Assembly (NCBI RefSeq): GCF_051658645.1 | Contig: NZ_JBOFMZ010000035.1 | Location: forward strand, 40,678-104,677 | DNA from: Cetobacterium sp. | Lineage (GTDB): Bacteria; Fusobacteriota; Fusobacteriia; Fusobacteriales; Fusobacteriaceae | DNA length: 64,000 bases | Direction: 5' to 3' | Shown: positions 26,468-37,052 of the stretch, piece by piece | Layout of the letters: every line of letters begins with the position of its first letter | Position numbering within the stretch: position 1 is the first letter of the stretch | The notes under the pieces: generated by a model | Databases searched by the model: none | Told to the model about the DNA's origin: nothing | Seen by the model: the letters and a program-made list of their open reading frames with translations, nothing else | Program-made: the position numbers and the translations under genes

Positions 26468-29400
26468 ATGGCTAAAAAAATGCAAACTATGGACGGAAAT
26501 CAAGCGGCAGCATATGTATCATATGCGTTTACAGAAGTAGCGGGTATCTATCCAATAACTCCATCATCGCCAATGGCTGAGTACACTGACGAATGGGCAT
26601 CAAGAGGAATGAAAAATATGTTTGGAGTTCCAGTAAAGGTTGTTGAAATGCAATCAGAAGCAGGAGCAGCAGGAACAGTTCACGGGTCTTTACAGGCTGG
26701 AGCTTTAACTACAACGTATACAGCATCTCAAGGTTTACTATTAAAGATTCCTAATATGTACAAAATAGCTGGTGAATTATTACCTTCTGTTATACATGTT
26801 GCAGCAAGATCACTTGCAGCTCAAGCATTATCAATCTTCGGAGATCATCAAGATGTTTATGCAGCAAAGCAAACAGGATATGCAATGTTATTTGAAAGTT
26901 CAGTTCAAGAAGTAATGGACTTATCTGCAGTTCCTCACTTAGCAACTTTAAAATCTAAAGTACCTTTTATGAATATATTTGATGGATTCAGAACTTCACA
27001 CGAAATTCAAAAAGTTGAAGTAATTGAATATGATACATTAAAGAGTATGGTTGATATGGATGCAATAAAAGAATTTAGAAATAAAGCTCTTAACCCAGAG
27101 CATCCAGTAACAAGAGGAACAGCTCAAAATGAAGATATTTACTTCCAAACTAGAGAAGTACAAAATAAATATTATAACGCAGTACCTAAAATAGTTGCAG
27201 ATTATATGGATGAAATTTCAAAAGTAACAGGAAGAGATTACAAACCATTTAATTATTATGGAGCACCAGATGCAGAAAATATTGTTATCGCAATGGGATC
27301 TGTATGTGAAACATTAATAGAAACTGTTGATTATTTAAATGCAAAAGGGGAAAAAGTAGGTCTTATAAATGTTCATCTTTACAGACCATTCTCATCTGAA
27401 TACTTCTTTAATGTATTCCCTAAAACAGTTAAGAAAATTGCTGTATTAGATAGAGCTAAAGAGCCAGGATCACTTGGAGAATCTTTATATATGGATATTA
27501 GAGGATTATTCTACGGAATGGAAAATGCGCCAGTAGTTGTAGGTGGAAGATATGGATTATCTTCAAAAGATACAACACCAGCACAAATGAAAGCTGTATA
27601 TGATAACTTAAAAAAATCAGAACCTAAAAATGGATTTGTTGTAGGAATTGTTGATGATGTTACATTCCATTCTTTAGAAGTAGGAGCTCAATTAGATTCA
27701 GCAGCTGAAGGAGTAAGAGAATGTTTATTCTTTGGACTTGGAGCAGATGGAACAGTAGGAGCGAATAAGAACTCAATTAAAATAATTGGAGATAAAACAG
27801 ATTTATATGCACAAGGATACTTTGCATACGATTCTAAAAAATCAGGTGGATCAACTAGATCTCACTTAAGATTTGGAAAAAATCCAATCAGATCTACATA
27901 CTTAGTATCAGCACCAACATTTGTAGCGTGTTCAGTACCAGCTTACTTAACGCAATATGAGATGATTTCTGGTCTGAAAAATGGTGGAACATTCTTATTA
28001 AATTGTGTTTGGAATAAAGAAGAAATTTTAACTCACTTACCAAATTCTTATAAAAAAGCTTTAGCAGAAAAAAATGCAAAGTTCTATATAATAAATGCAA
28101 ATAAACTAGCAGCAGAAATTGGATTAGCAGGAAGAACTAATACAATAATGCAATCAGCGTTCTTTAAATTAGCAGATGTAATTCCATTTGAAGAAGCTCA
28201 ATCTTACATGAAGCAGTATGCTGAAAAGTCATATGCTAAAAAAGGTGACTCTATTGTAAAAATGAATTATGAAGCTGTAGATAGAGGAGCAGGAGAGTTA
28301 GTTCAAATAGATGTTGATCCATCTTGGATTAATTTATCAACTGAAGCTGTAGTAGAAAAAGAATCTTGCGATTGTACAGGATGTGGATGTTCAACTACTA
28401 AGTTAGAATCATTCGTTGAAAAAATTGCAAAACCTATAAATGCTTTAAAAGGTGAAGAGTTACCAGTTTCTACATTCTTAGGATATGAAGATGGAACATT
28501 TGAAAATGGAACAACTGCTTTTGAGAAAAGAGGAGTTGCAGTAAATGTACCTGAGTGGAAAGTAGAAAATTGTATCCAATGTAATCAATGTTCATTTGTT
28601 TGTCCACATGCAGTTATAAGACCATTCTTAATGACAGCAGAGGAAAAAGCAGGAGCACCTAATGAGTTAAAAACAAAAACTCCAGTAGGAAAAGGATTAG
28701 AAGGATTAGAGTATAAAATACAAGTATCTCCTTTAGACTGTACAGGATGTGGACTATGTGTAAACGTTTGTCCAGCTAAAGAAAAAGCTTTAGTTATGGT
28801 ACCTATTGGTCAAGAAGTGAAAAATGGAGAGCAAGAAAATGCTGACTATTTATTCAATAAAGTAACATACAAAGATGAATTTATGCCTAAAACAACAGTA
28901 AAAGGATCTCAATTTGCACAACCATTATTTGAATTCCATGGAGCTTGTGGAGGATGTGGAGAAACACCTTACATCAAAGCAATAACTCAATTATTTGGAG
29001 ATAGAATGATGATAGCTAATGCAACAGGATGTTCTTCTATATACGGAGGATCAGCACCATCAACTCCTTATACAACAAATAGCTGTGGAGAAGGTCCATC
29101 ATGGGCTAACTCATTATTTGAGGATAATGCAGAATTTGGATATGGAATGTCAGTAGCTGTTGAAGCAATGAGAGATAGAATTGAAACAATCATGGAAGAA
29201 AACATGACAAATGTTTCTGAAGAAATTGCAACAATGTTTGCTGAATGGATTGAAAATAGAAAAGATGGAAATAAAACAAAAGAAATTAGAAATAAATTAG
29301 TTCCAGCATTACAAGCTTGTAATTGTGAAGTTTCAAATGAAATTTTAGATTTAAAGCAATATCTTGTTAAAAAATCACAATGGATATTTGGTGGAGACGG

Positions 29401-30043
29401 TTGGGCTTATGACATCGGTTATGGTGGATTAGATCACGTATTAGCTTCTCCAGATGATATTAATGTTTTAGTAATGGATACTGAAATGTATTCTAATACT
29501 GGTGGACAAGCTTCAAAAGCAACTCAAACAGGAGCGGTAGCTAAGTTCGCTGCTGGTGGAAAAGCTAATAAGAAGAAAGATCTTGCATCAATAGCAATGT
29601 CTTATGGACATATCTATGTTGCACAAGTATCTATGGGAGCTAACCAATCTCAATACTTAAAAGCAATTGCAGAAGCAGAAGCTTATGCAGGACCATCATT
29701 AATTATAGCTTATGCACCTTGTATAAGTCATGGATTAAAAAATGGAATGGGTAATAGCCAACTTGAAATGAAAAAAGCTACTGAATGTGGTTACTGGCCA
29801 ATATTTAGATATAATCCATTATTAGAATTAGAAGGGAAAAATCCACTTCAAATAGATTGTAAAGAACCAATTTGGGATAATTATAATGATTACTTAATGG
29901 GAGAGGTTAGATATGCAACATTAACAAAATCTAAACCAGAACATGCAAAAGTATTATTCGCTAAGAATAAATCAGAATCTCAAAGAAGATGGAGACAATA
30001 TCAAAGACTTGCATCATTAGACTTCACATCAGAAGCTAAGTAA
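26468..30043 (+). CDS. nifJ: Pyruvate:ferredoxin (flavodoxin) oxidoreductase
   Basis: YPITPSS, MQSEAGAAG, DSKKSG, two ferredoxin motifs (CIQCNQC..CP, CTGCGLC..CP), ACGGCGE, GGDGWAYDIG TPP motif. Confidence 0.97.
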   Translation: MAKKMQTMDGNQAAAYVSYAFTEVAGIYPITPSSPMAEYTDEWASRGMKNMFGVPVKVVEMQSEAGAAGTVHGSLQAGALTTTYTASQGLLLKIPNMYKIAGELLPSVIHVAARSLAAQALSIFGDHQDVYAAKQTGYAMLFESSVQEVMDLSAVPHLATLKSKVPFMNIFDGFRTSHEIQKVEVIEYDTLKSMVDMDAIKEFRNKALNPEHPVTRGTAQNEDIYFQTREVQNKYYNAVPKIVADYMDEISKVTGRDYKPFNYYGAPDAENIVIAMGSVCETLIETVDYLNAKGEKVGLINVHLYRPFSSEYFFNVFPKTVKKIAVLDRAKEPGSLGESLYMDIRGLFYGMENAPVVVGGRYGLSSKDTTPAQMKAVYDNLKKSEPKNGFVVGIVDDVTFHSLEVGAQLDSAAEGVRECLFFGLGADGTVGANKNSIKIIGDKTDLYAQGYFAYDSKKSGGSTRSHLRFGKNPIRSTYLVSAPTFVACSVPAYLTQYEMISGLKNGGTFLLNCVWNKEEILTHLPNSYKKALAEKNAKFYIINANKLAAEIGLAGRTNTIMQSAFFKLADVIPFEEAQSYMKQYAEKSYAKKGDSIVKMNYEAVDRGAGELVQIDVDPSWINLSTEAVVEKESCDCTGCGCSTTKLESFVEKIAKPINALKGEELPVSTFLGYEDGTFENGTTAFEKRGVAVNVPEWKVENCIQCNQCSFVCPHAVIRPFLMTAEEKAGAPNELKTKTPVGKGLEGLEYKIQVSPLDCTGCGLCVNVCPAKEKALVMVPIGQEVKNGEQENADYLFNKVTYKDEFMPKTTVKGSQFAQPLFEFHGACGGCGETPYIKAITQLFGDRMMIANATGCSSIYGGSAPSTPYTTNSCGEGPSWANSLFEDNAEFGYGMSVAVEAMRDRIETIMEENMTNVSEEIATMFAEWIENRKDGNKTKEIRNKLVPALQACNCEVSNEILDLKQYLVKKSQWIFGGDGWAYDIGYGGLDHVLASPDDINVLVMDTEMYSNTGGQASKATQTGAVAKFAAGGKANKKKDLASIAMSYGHIYVAQVSMGANQSQYLKAIAEAEAYAGPSLIIAYAPCISHGLKNGMGNSQLEMKKATECGYWPIFRYNPLLELEGKNPLQIDCKEPIWDNYNDYLMGEVRYATLTKSKPEHAKVLFAKNKSESQRRWRQYQRLASLDFTSEAK

Positions 30044-30057
30044 TTCTTTAAAATATG

Positions 30058-30092
30058 AGAGATAAGGTAGAGATACTTTATCTCTTTTTTTT
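30058..30092 (+). terminator. Intrinsic terminator after PFOR
   Basis: AGAGATAAGGTA-GAGA-TACTTTATCTCT then a T run. Confidence 0.8.
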
Positions 30093-30165
30093 AATGGAAA
30101 ACTATTTTGTAAATTAACATATAATTTGTTATAATTAAGAGTAAGTAATAAAAAAGAGAGGTGAA

Positions 30166-30957
30166 ATGATGAAGATATCTGTTGCAATGATAACTTTTAA
30201 CGAAGAAAAAATATTAAGAAAAACTTTAGAATCAGTTAAAGATTTAGCAGACGAAATAGTTATTGTAGATAGTGGTTCTACAGATTCTACAGAAAAAATA
30301 GCAAAAGAATTTGGTGCAAAGTTTTATGTAGAATCTTGGAAAGGGTATGGTCCACAAAGAAATTTAGCTATTCAAAAATGTTGCGGAACTTGGATTTTAA
30401 ATATAGACGCGGATGAAGAAATTTCAGATGAATTAAAAAATAAAATAAGAGAAATAGTTAATAACAAAAAAAATTCAAAAGAAGTTTTTAAAATAAATAG
30501 ATTGTCTGTTTGCTTTGGTAAAGAATTAAAATATGGTGGATGGGGAACATCTTACGCTATTAGGTTATTTAAAAAAAGTACAGGTCAATTTAATGATAAT
30601 ACAGTTCATGAAGCTTTTGAAACAGAAAAAGAAATTTTTAAGATAAAAGAAAATATTCTTCATCATTCATACTTAACGATGGATGATTATTTTATAAGAT
30701 TTAATAGATATACAACTGAAGGAGCAAAGGATTATTATAAAAAAGGAAAAAAAGTTAATTTTTTTGACATAGCTATAAATCCACTATATAAATTTTTAAG
30801 GATGTATATATTTAGATTAGGATTTTTAGATGGTATTGAGGGATTTGTAATAGCTTCAACAAGTTCATTATATTCTATGATAAAATATTTTAAGTTGAGG
30901 GAGATGTATAAAAATGGCTCATACATACAAAAAGATAATAATAGCAAGAACAGATAA
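30166..30957 (+). CDS. GT2 glycosyltransferase (WaaE/KdtX-like, LPS core)
   Basis: SVAMITFNEE, VDSGSTD, QRNLA, IDADE, VHE, GFLDG. Confidence 0.88.
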   Translation: MMKISVAMITFNEEKILRKTLESVKDLADEIVIVDSGSTDSTEKIAKEFGAKFYVESWKGYGPQRNLAIQKCCGTWILNIDADEEISDELKNKIREIVNNKKNSKEVFKINRLSVCFGKELKYGGWGTSYAIRLFKKSTGQFNDNTVHEAFETEKEIFKIKENILHHSYLTMDDYFIRFNRYTTEGAKDYYKKGKKVNFFDIAINPLYKFLRMYIFRLGFLDGIEGFVIASTSSLYSMIKYFKLREMYKNGSYIQKDNNSKNR

Positions 30958-31939
30958 AATTGGAGACTTAATTTTATCAATCCCTAGTTTTTTTATGGTG
31001 AAAAAAATGTATCCAGATGCTGAAATAACTTTGTTGGTAAGAGGTTACAACTACAACATAGTAAAAAATTTACCTTATATAAATAGGGTTGTTCAAATTG
31101 ATAGATATAGACAAAAAGAATTGTTGGAAAAAATACAATATTTTAATGCCGATGCTTTTATAGCTTTATATGTTGATGATTTTGTGATGCAACTTGCAAA
31201 AGCAAGTAAAGCAAAAGTAAGAATAGGTCCATTATCTAAACTAAAATCTTTTTTTATTTTCAATAAGGGTGTTTTACAAAAAAGATCGAAATCAATTAAG
31301 CATGAAGCTGAATACAATTTAGATTTGATAAAAAAATTAGATAAAAATCTTTTTGAAGAACGATTTGAGATAAATACAGGAATATATTTGGATAAAAGTA
31401 ACATAGATTCAGCTGAAAAATTTTTTAAAGATAATAATATAGGAAAGAAAGTTTTGGTTGTTAATCCGTTTATGGGAGGTTCAGCTAAAAATATAACTGA
31501 TGAAGAGTACATTCAACTTATAAAAAAAGTCATAGAAAAACAAGAAGATTTAGATATAGTTATAACTGCTCATATTTCAGATGAAGAAAGAGGCTTAAAC
31601 TTAATAGAAAAAATAGGAAAAGAAAGAGTATTTTTATTTGCAAATGGAGGCGAGTTGTTAAATATAGGTGCAGTTATAAATAAATCCAAAGTTTATTTTG
31701 GTGGCTCAACAGGTCCAACTCATATAGCAGGTTCATTACAAAAAAGTATAGTTGCATTATACCCTAAAAAACCAACACAAAGTCCTAGACGTTGGGGGGT
31801 ATTTGGAAATAATAATGTAAGTTATATTATTCCAGATGAAAACTCTAAAGAAAATTATAATCATAAAAATTTTGATTCATATACAGAAGAGGTTGAAAAT
31901 AAAATAATAGAAGAGATAATAGAGAGGTTGGAGCGTTAA
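30914..31939 (+). CDS. GT9 glycosyltransferase (heptosyltransferase family)
   Basis: RTDKIGDLILS N-terminal motif, STGPTHIAG; overlaps the upstream gene by 44 nt. Confidence 0.88.
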   Translation: MAHTYKKIIIARTDKIGDLILSIPSFFMVKKMYPDAEITLLVRGYNYNIVKNLPYINRVVQIDRYRQKELLEKIQYFNADAFIALYVDDFVMQLAKASKAKVRIGPLSKLKSFFIFNKGVLQKRSKSIKHEAEYNLDLIKKLDKNLFEERFEINTGIYLDKSNIDSAEKFFKDNNIGKKVLVVNPFMGGSAKNITDEEYIQLIKKVIEKQEDLDIVITAHISDEERGLNLIEKIGKERVFLFANGGELLNIGAVINKSKVYFGGSTGPTHIAGSLQKSIVALYPKKPTQSPRRWGVFGNNNVSYIIPDENSKENYNHKNFDSYTEEVENKIIEEIIERLER

Positions 31940-32952
31940 TGATGAAGATATTGATTATACATACAGCTTTTATAGGGGATATAGTTTTATCAACCCCTTT
32001 GTTAAAAAGAATAAAAGAAGTTTATCCAGAATCTAAAATTACGTATGTAACAACTCCTATAGGAGCTAGTGTTTTAAGAAATAATAAACATTTAACAGAG
32101 ATAATAGAATATGATAAAAGAGGCTCTCATTCTGGAATTAAAGGACTGATTGCTTTAGGAAAAAGATTGAGATATGAAAATTTTAATATGGTTTTAACAC
32201 TTCATAGATATCTACGAAGTTCAATATTATCTTGGTTAACAAGATCTCCAAAAAGAATTGGATATAAATCTGCAAATGGGTCTTTTTTATTTACGGATAA
32301 AATAATATATGATAAAGAAAAGCATGAAGTTGAAAAATTATTGTCTTTTATTGATAATAATACAAAAAATACGATTGGAAATTATCCTATAGAATTATAT
32401 CCAAGTAAAAAAGATATAGAAAATATAGAGAGTATTTGGATTGAAAATAAGTTAATAAATAAAAATGTAGTAGCAATTGCACCAGGAAGCAAGTGGTTCA
32501 CAAAAAAATGGCCTTTGGAATATTTCAATCAAGTTATAGATTTGCTAGTGGAAAATGGAAATAAAGTTGTAATAGTTGGAGGCAAAGACGAACTTTTCTT
32601 GAATATAAATATCTCTAGAGGCATTGTTGATTTAAGAGGAAAAACTACGCTTTTAGAATTAGCAGAAGTATTGAAAAGATCAAAAATTGTTCTGACAAAT
32701 GATTCGTCACCAATTCATATAGCTTCAGCATTTAGTGGCACACATATTATAGCTTTGTTTGGGCCTACAGTGAAAGAGTTTGGTTTCTTTCCATGGAGTG
32801 AAAACAATGAGGTTTTAGAGGTTGAAAATTTGTCATGTAGACCTTGTGCGATTCATGGTGGAAACAAATGTCCAAAAGGTCATTTTAAATGTATGTTAGA
32901 GATAAAACCAGAATTAGCTTATAGAAAAATTATAGAGAATTTAAAGAGGTAG
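31939..32952 (+). CDS. GT9 glycosyltransferase (WaaF-like heptosyltransferase)
   Basis: AFIGDIVL, APGSKWFTKKWP, TNDSSPIHIA, LFGPT, CRPC...C..GH..CM. Confidence 0.88.
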   Translation: MMKILIIHTAFIGDIVLSTPLLKRIKEVYPESKITYVTTPIGASVLRNNKHLTEIIEYDKRGSHSGIKGLIALGKRLRYENFNMVLTLHRYLRSSILSWLTRSPKRIGYKSANGSFLFTDKIIYDKEKHEVEKLLSFIDNNTKNTIGNYPIELYPSKKDIENIESIWIENKLINKNVVAIAPGSKWFTKKWPLEYFNQVIDLLVENGNKVVIVGGKDELFLNINISRGIVDLRGKTTLLELAEVLKRSKIVLTNDSSPIHIASAFSGTHIIALFGPTVKEFGFFPWSENNEVLEVENLSCRPCAIHGGNKCPKGHFKCMLEIKPELAYRKIIENLKR

Positions 32953-32954
32953 TT

Positions 32955-33626
32955 ATGGAAAATGTAGTTTGCAATCATTTCGTAGATTTTACTCTGCCAA
33001 ATAAAGTGAAAAATAAGAATTATAAAATTTCAAGAGTTTTAAAAGATGATAATCGAAGTGAAGTAAAGCTTATACAAATAGATAAAAAAAAGTATGTTTA
33101 TAAAATTCCTAAAGAAAAGAATAAAAGAGTTTGGCAAAGGTTTATTTCTATTTTTAGAGGCAGTGAAAGTAAAAGAGAGTATGAAAACTATTTAAAAATA
33201 TTGAATTTAGGATTTAAAGGGCCAGTTCCTATTATGTATTGGGAAAAAAAAGTTTTAGGAATGAGTTTTGATTCATTTTTAATAATGACATACATAGAAG
33301 GAAAATCAGCAACTTTAGAAGAATTAAATTTAGTAAAAAAAGAATTGGAAAGAATTCATAGAAAAGGATATTTACATGGAGACTCTCAATTGAGTAACTT
33401 TATGGTATCGAAAAAAAAAATATTTTTAATAGATGCAAAATTAGTAAAGAATATATATAGAAAAATAGGAGAAGCTTATGAATTTATATATTTAGAGGAA
33501 AGTTGCCATGTTGAAGTAGATGTATATAACAAAAAAATAATAAGTTATAAACTAGCTAAAAGTTTAAATAGCTACTTACATTGGTTTGGGAAAATAAAAA
33601 AAACCATTAGAAGAAAGGAAAGATAA
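32955..33626 (+). CDS. LPS core heptose kinase-like protein (WaaY/RfaY, Kdo/WaaP superfamily)
   Basis: YVYKIP (ATP Lys), HGDSQLSN catalytic loop, LIDAK; lies within the GT9 cluster. Confidence 0.8.
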   Translation: MENVVCNHFVDFTLPNKVKNKNYKISRVLKDDNRSEVKLIQIDKKKYVYKIPKEKNKRVWQRFISIFRGSESKREYENYLKILNLGFKGPVPIMYWEKKVLGMSFDSFLIMTYIEGKSATLEELNLVKKELERIHRKGYLHGDSQLSNFMVSKKKIFLIDAKLVKNIYRKIGEAYEFIYLEESCHVEVDVYNKKIISYKLAKSLNSYLHWFGKIKKTIRRKER

Positions 33627-33627
33627 A

Positions 33628-34626
33628 TTGAGAGTTTTAATCATAAGGCTTAGTTCAATTGGAGATGTAATATTAACAACTCCTATATTGAAAGAGCTTA
33701 AAATAAAATATCCAAAGATAGTAATAGATTTTTTGGTTATGGATAAATTTAAAGACTCTATTTTAGGGTGCCCATATATAGATAATTTGATTTTGTTTAA
33801 TAAAAAAGAGCACGATGGTTTGAAAAATATGATGCGTTTTGGAAAAAGTTTAAAAATAAATAATTATGACTATGTTTTTGATTTGCATTCAAAAGTAAGA
33901 TCTAAGATTATAAGTAGTGCCATCATGTCAAAAACGTTTACATATAAAAAAAGAAGTTTATTAAAAACATTTCTAGTAAAAAATAAAATTATAAAATATA
34001 AAGTTGATAATACAATAATTAAAAATTATTTTGGAGCTTTTAAAGTTTTGAATTTAGAATATAAAGGTGAAGATTTGACATTTTCTTTTGAAGAAAAACA
34101 CTCTGAAAAATTGAAGACATTGGGTATTGAATATGAAAATATTCCGATATTAGCTCCAGGAGCTTCAAAGGAAACTAAAAAATGGACCAAAGAAGAATTT
34201 GCACAATTGTCGAAACTACTTTATAATAAATATAGAAAGAAACCTATTATAATCGGATCTAAAGAAGAGTTTGAAATGTGTGAAGATATAAAAAAAATTA
34301 GTGGAGAAGTAGCTATAAATTTAGCAGGTAAATTAAACCTTAAAGAAAGTGGAGCATTATTGTCTAAAGCTAGTTTTTTAGTAACTAATGATTCAGGACC
34401 ATTTCATATTGCCAGAGGAGTAAAATGTCCTACTTTTGTTATATTTGGACCAACTAGTCCAGATATGTTTGAGTATGATGAAAATAATAGGTTGATTTAC
34501 TTAAATGAATCTTGTTCACCTTGTAGTTTACACGGTGATAAGGTATGCCCTAAAAAACATTTTAATTGTATGAAAAAATTAAGTGCAGAAAGGGTAATGA
34601 ATATAATAGAAAAAAATGGGAGGTAG
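33628..34626 (+). CDS. GT9 glycosyltransferase (heptosyltransferase family), TTG start
   Basis: RLSSIGDVIL, APGASKETKKW, TNDSGPFHIA, IFGPT, CSPC. Confidence 0.88.
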   Translation: MRVLIIRLSSIGDVILTTPILKELKIKYPKIVIDFLVMDKFKDSILGCPYIDNLILFNKKEHDGLKNMMRFGKSLKINNYDYVFDLHSKVRSKIISSAIMSKTFTYKKRSLLKTFLVKNKIIKYKVDNTIIKNYFGAFKVLNLEYKGEDLTFSFEEKHSEKLKTLGIEYENIPILAPGASKETKKWTKEEFAQLSKLLYNKYRKKPIIIGSKEEFEMCEDIKKISGEVAINLAGKLNLKESGALLSKASFLVTNDSGPFHIARGVKCPTFVIFGPTSPDMFEYDENNRLIYLNESCSPCSLHGDKVCPKKHFNCMKKLSAERVMNIIEKNGR

Positions 34627-34632
34627 TTGAGC

Positions 34633-35706
34633 ATGGCAAAAAAGTCAGTAGAAACAACGGATAAGTCAAAAGCATTAGAAACAGCATTAAAGCAAATTAG
34701 AAAAGACTTTGGTGAAGGTTCTATAATGAAACTTGGTGAAAATCAAGGAATGAATATTGAAGTAATTCCTACAGGAAGTATTAATTTAGATATAGCTCTT
34801 GGAATAGGTGGAGTACCTAGAGGAAGAATTCTAGAAGTGTATGGAGCAGAAAGTTCAGGAAAAACAACAATAGCTTTGCATATAGTAGCTCAAGCCCAAA
34901 AATTAGGTGGAGTAGCAGCATTTATAGATGCTGAGCATGCCTTAGATCCAGTTTATGCAAAAGCATTAGGAGTTGATGTAGATGAGTTGTTAATATCTCA
35001 ACCAGATTTTGGAGAGCAAGCTTTAGAAATTGCGGATATGTTAGTGAGATCAGGTGCTATAGATGTTATCGTTATTGACTCGGTAGCTGCTTTGGTTCCA
35101 AAAGCAGAAATTGATGGAGAAATGTCAGATCAACAAATGGGACTTCAAGCAAGATTAATGTCAAAAGCTTTAAGAAAATTAACAGGATCAATTAACAAAT
35201 CAAAAACAACAATGATATTTATAAATCAAGTTAGAGATAAAATAGGTGGATTTAGTTTTGGACCACAAACGACAACAACAGGTGGAAAAGCTTTAAAGTT
35301 CTATTCTTCTGTTAGATTAGAAGTAAAAAGAATTGGAAGTGTAAAACAAGGTGAAGAAATGATTGGTAATGAGACTGTTGTAAAAGTTACTAAAAATAAA
35401 GTTGCACCACCGTTTAAAGAAGCAAAATTCCAAATAATGTATGGAAAAGGTATATCTAGAGTTGGTGAGATTATGGATATGGCTTTAGATAATGATATTG
35501 TTGCAAAATCAGGTGCTTGGTTTAGTTTTGGAGATATAAGATTAGGTCAAGGAAAAGAAAATGTAAAAGCTAGATTAGAGACTGAACCAGAATTGCTAGC
35601 AGCTATAGAAGAGAAAGTTAATGAGTTATTAGTAAAGAATAAAACAATAGTTAAATCAGTAGAGGGAGAAGATAATCTTGAAGTTGAAGAAATTATTGAA
35701 GAATAA
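34633..35706 (+). CDS. recA: Recombinase A
   Basis: GAESSGKTT Walker [36 protein letters not shown]. Confidence 0.98.
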   Translation: MAKKSVETTDKSKALETALKQIRKDFGEGSIMKLGENQGMNIEVIPTGSINLDIALGIGGVPRGRILEVYGAESSGKTTIALHIVAQAQKLGGVAAFIDAEHALDPVYAKALGVDVDELLISQPDFGEQALEIADMLVRSGAIDVIVIDSVAALVPKAEIDGEMSDQQMGLQARLMSKALRKLTGSINKSKTTMIFINQVRDKIGGFSFGPQTTTTGGKALKFYSSVRLEVKRIGSVKQGEEMIGNETVVKVTKNKVAPPFKEAKFQIMYGKGISRVGEIMDMALDNDIVAKSGAWFSFGDIRLGQGKENVKARLETEPELLAAIEEKVNELLVKNKTIVKSVEGEDNLEVEEIIEE

Positions 35707-36238
35707 TTTTCTTTTTGAAAATGGATTGAACATTGGTTTGAATAATGAAATAGTAAATAAATATGATTTAAAAAGGAGAGAGGAGCTATCTCATGACGAG
35801 TATTTACAAGTGTTAGAGTTAGCTGCTCTCTCTACTTCATATTATTATTTATCAAAAAGAGATTATAGTAAAAAAGAGATATACACAAAGCTACTACAAA
35901 AATATTGGGAAAAACCTCCTGTTTTAAAAGTTATAAAAACATTAGAAAATATGGGATATATAAATGATATAGAGTTTGCAAAAACATATGCTAAGTCAAA
36001 AAAATGTGGAAGAAAAAAAATTGCATATGACTTAAATTTAAAAGGAATATCATCAGAGATAATAAGTTATGCACTATCTTTTTATGAAGAAGATGAAGAG
36101 TTAGAAGAATTATCAAAAGCTTGGGATAAGTTAGGAAATAGAGACCAACATAAAAAAATTGCATCTCTTATGAGAAAAGGATATTCTTATAATGATATTA
36201 AAAAGATTATGAATAGAAAACAGGAGGCTGAATGTTAA
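35678..36238 (+). CDS. recX: Regulatory protein RecX
   Basis: [40 protein letters not shown]; overlaps the recA 3' end by 29 nt. Confidence 0.85.
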   Translation: MKLKKLLKNNFLFENGLNIGLNNEIVNKYDLKRREELSHDEYLQVLELAALSTSYYYLSKRDYSKKEIYTKLLQKYWEKPPVLKVIKTLENMGYINDIEFAKTYAKSKKCGRKKIAYDLNLKGISSEIISYALSFYEEDEELEELSKAWDKLGNRDQHKKIASLMRKGYSYNDIKKIMNRKQEAEC

Positions 36239-36966
36239 CACTTTTAAAAGTTATATTTGTTGCAGTATTAAATTTTATTTATATAACTATATTTAAAGCA
36301 GCAAAAATAAAAAAAATGCCTAAAGATAAAGCACCTTTAGAAGCTAGAAAAATATTAAAAGATATTTTATGTGAAAATTTAGTCAAAGCAGCAAAAATTG
36401 ATTTAGAAGTTACTTATCTAGATGAAAAAGCTTATAGAAAATTAAAAAGAGAGAATGGGATAGTTATAGTGGCGAATCATGAAAGCAACTTAGATATACC
36501 TGTAATAGTAAAAGCTTTAGACATTCCTATAGGGTTCGTAGCTAAAAAAGAAATGGAAAATTGGCCTTTTTATTCAATGTGGATGAAAATGACTAGATGC
36601 ATCTTCCTAGACAGATCAAATCCGAGAGAAGCGATAAAAAGTATAAGAAAAGCAGTTGGAACAGTAAATGAAGGGTATCCTACAGTAATTTTTCCAGAAG
36701 GAGAAAGAAGTCTAACAGGAGAAGTTGGTAGCTTCAAAAAAGGTAGTTTTAAATTAGCAACTGAAGCAAATGGAATTATTCTTCCTGTAACGATTGATGG
36801 GACTTTTTTTGTACAAAATAGAAAAAGTATAAAAATAAATCCAAATCAAAAAGTAAGAATAATTGTAGGAAAGCCGATAGATTTAAAAAAAATGTATTTG
36901 GGAGAAAATAAAAATTTAAATGAGATTGTTCAGCAATTGATAGTTAATGAAAAAGTTAAACGTTGA
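36232..36966 (+). CDS. plsC: 1-acyl-sn-glycerol-3-phosphate acyltransferase
   Basis: NHESNLD (HxxxxD), AKKE, FPEGERS, ILPVTI. Confidence 0.92.
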   Translation: MLTLLKVIFVAVLNFIYITIFKAAKIKKMPKDKAPLEARKILKDILCENLVKAAKIDLEVTYLDEKAYRKLKRENGIVIVANHESNLDIPVIVKALDIPIGFVAKKEMENWPFYSMWMKMTRCIFLDRSNPREAIKSIRKAVGTVNEGYPTVIFPEGERSLTGEVGSFKKGSFKLATEANGIILPVTIDGTFFVQNRKSIKINPNQKVRIIVGKPIDLKKMYLGENKNLNEIVQQLIVNEKVKR

Positions 36967-37023
36967 GTCAACTAATGTCTATTAAATTGGTATAAAAATA
37001 ATTGTTAAAAACCTTGGAATAGT

Positions 37024-37052
37024 TTGACAGTAATTATTATTTATGCTATAAT
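37024..37052 (+). promoter_or_regulatory. Consensus sigma70 promoter for pflBA
   Basis: TTGACA (37024-37029) - 17 nt - TATAAT (37047-37052) with an extended -10 TG. Confidence 0.85.

Noticed and set aside
35221-35300. Unusual RecA L2 loop ([14 protein letters not shown]) and Walker A (GAESSGKT)
   Set aside because: Essential residues are intact; within normal lineage variation.
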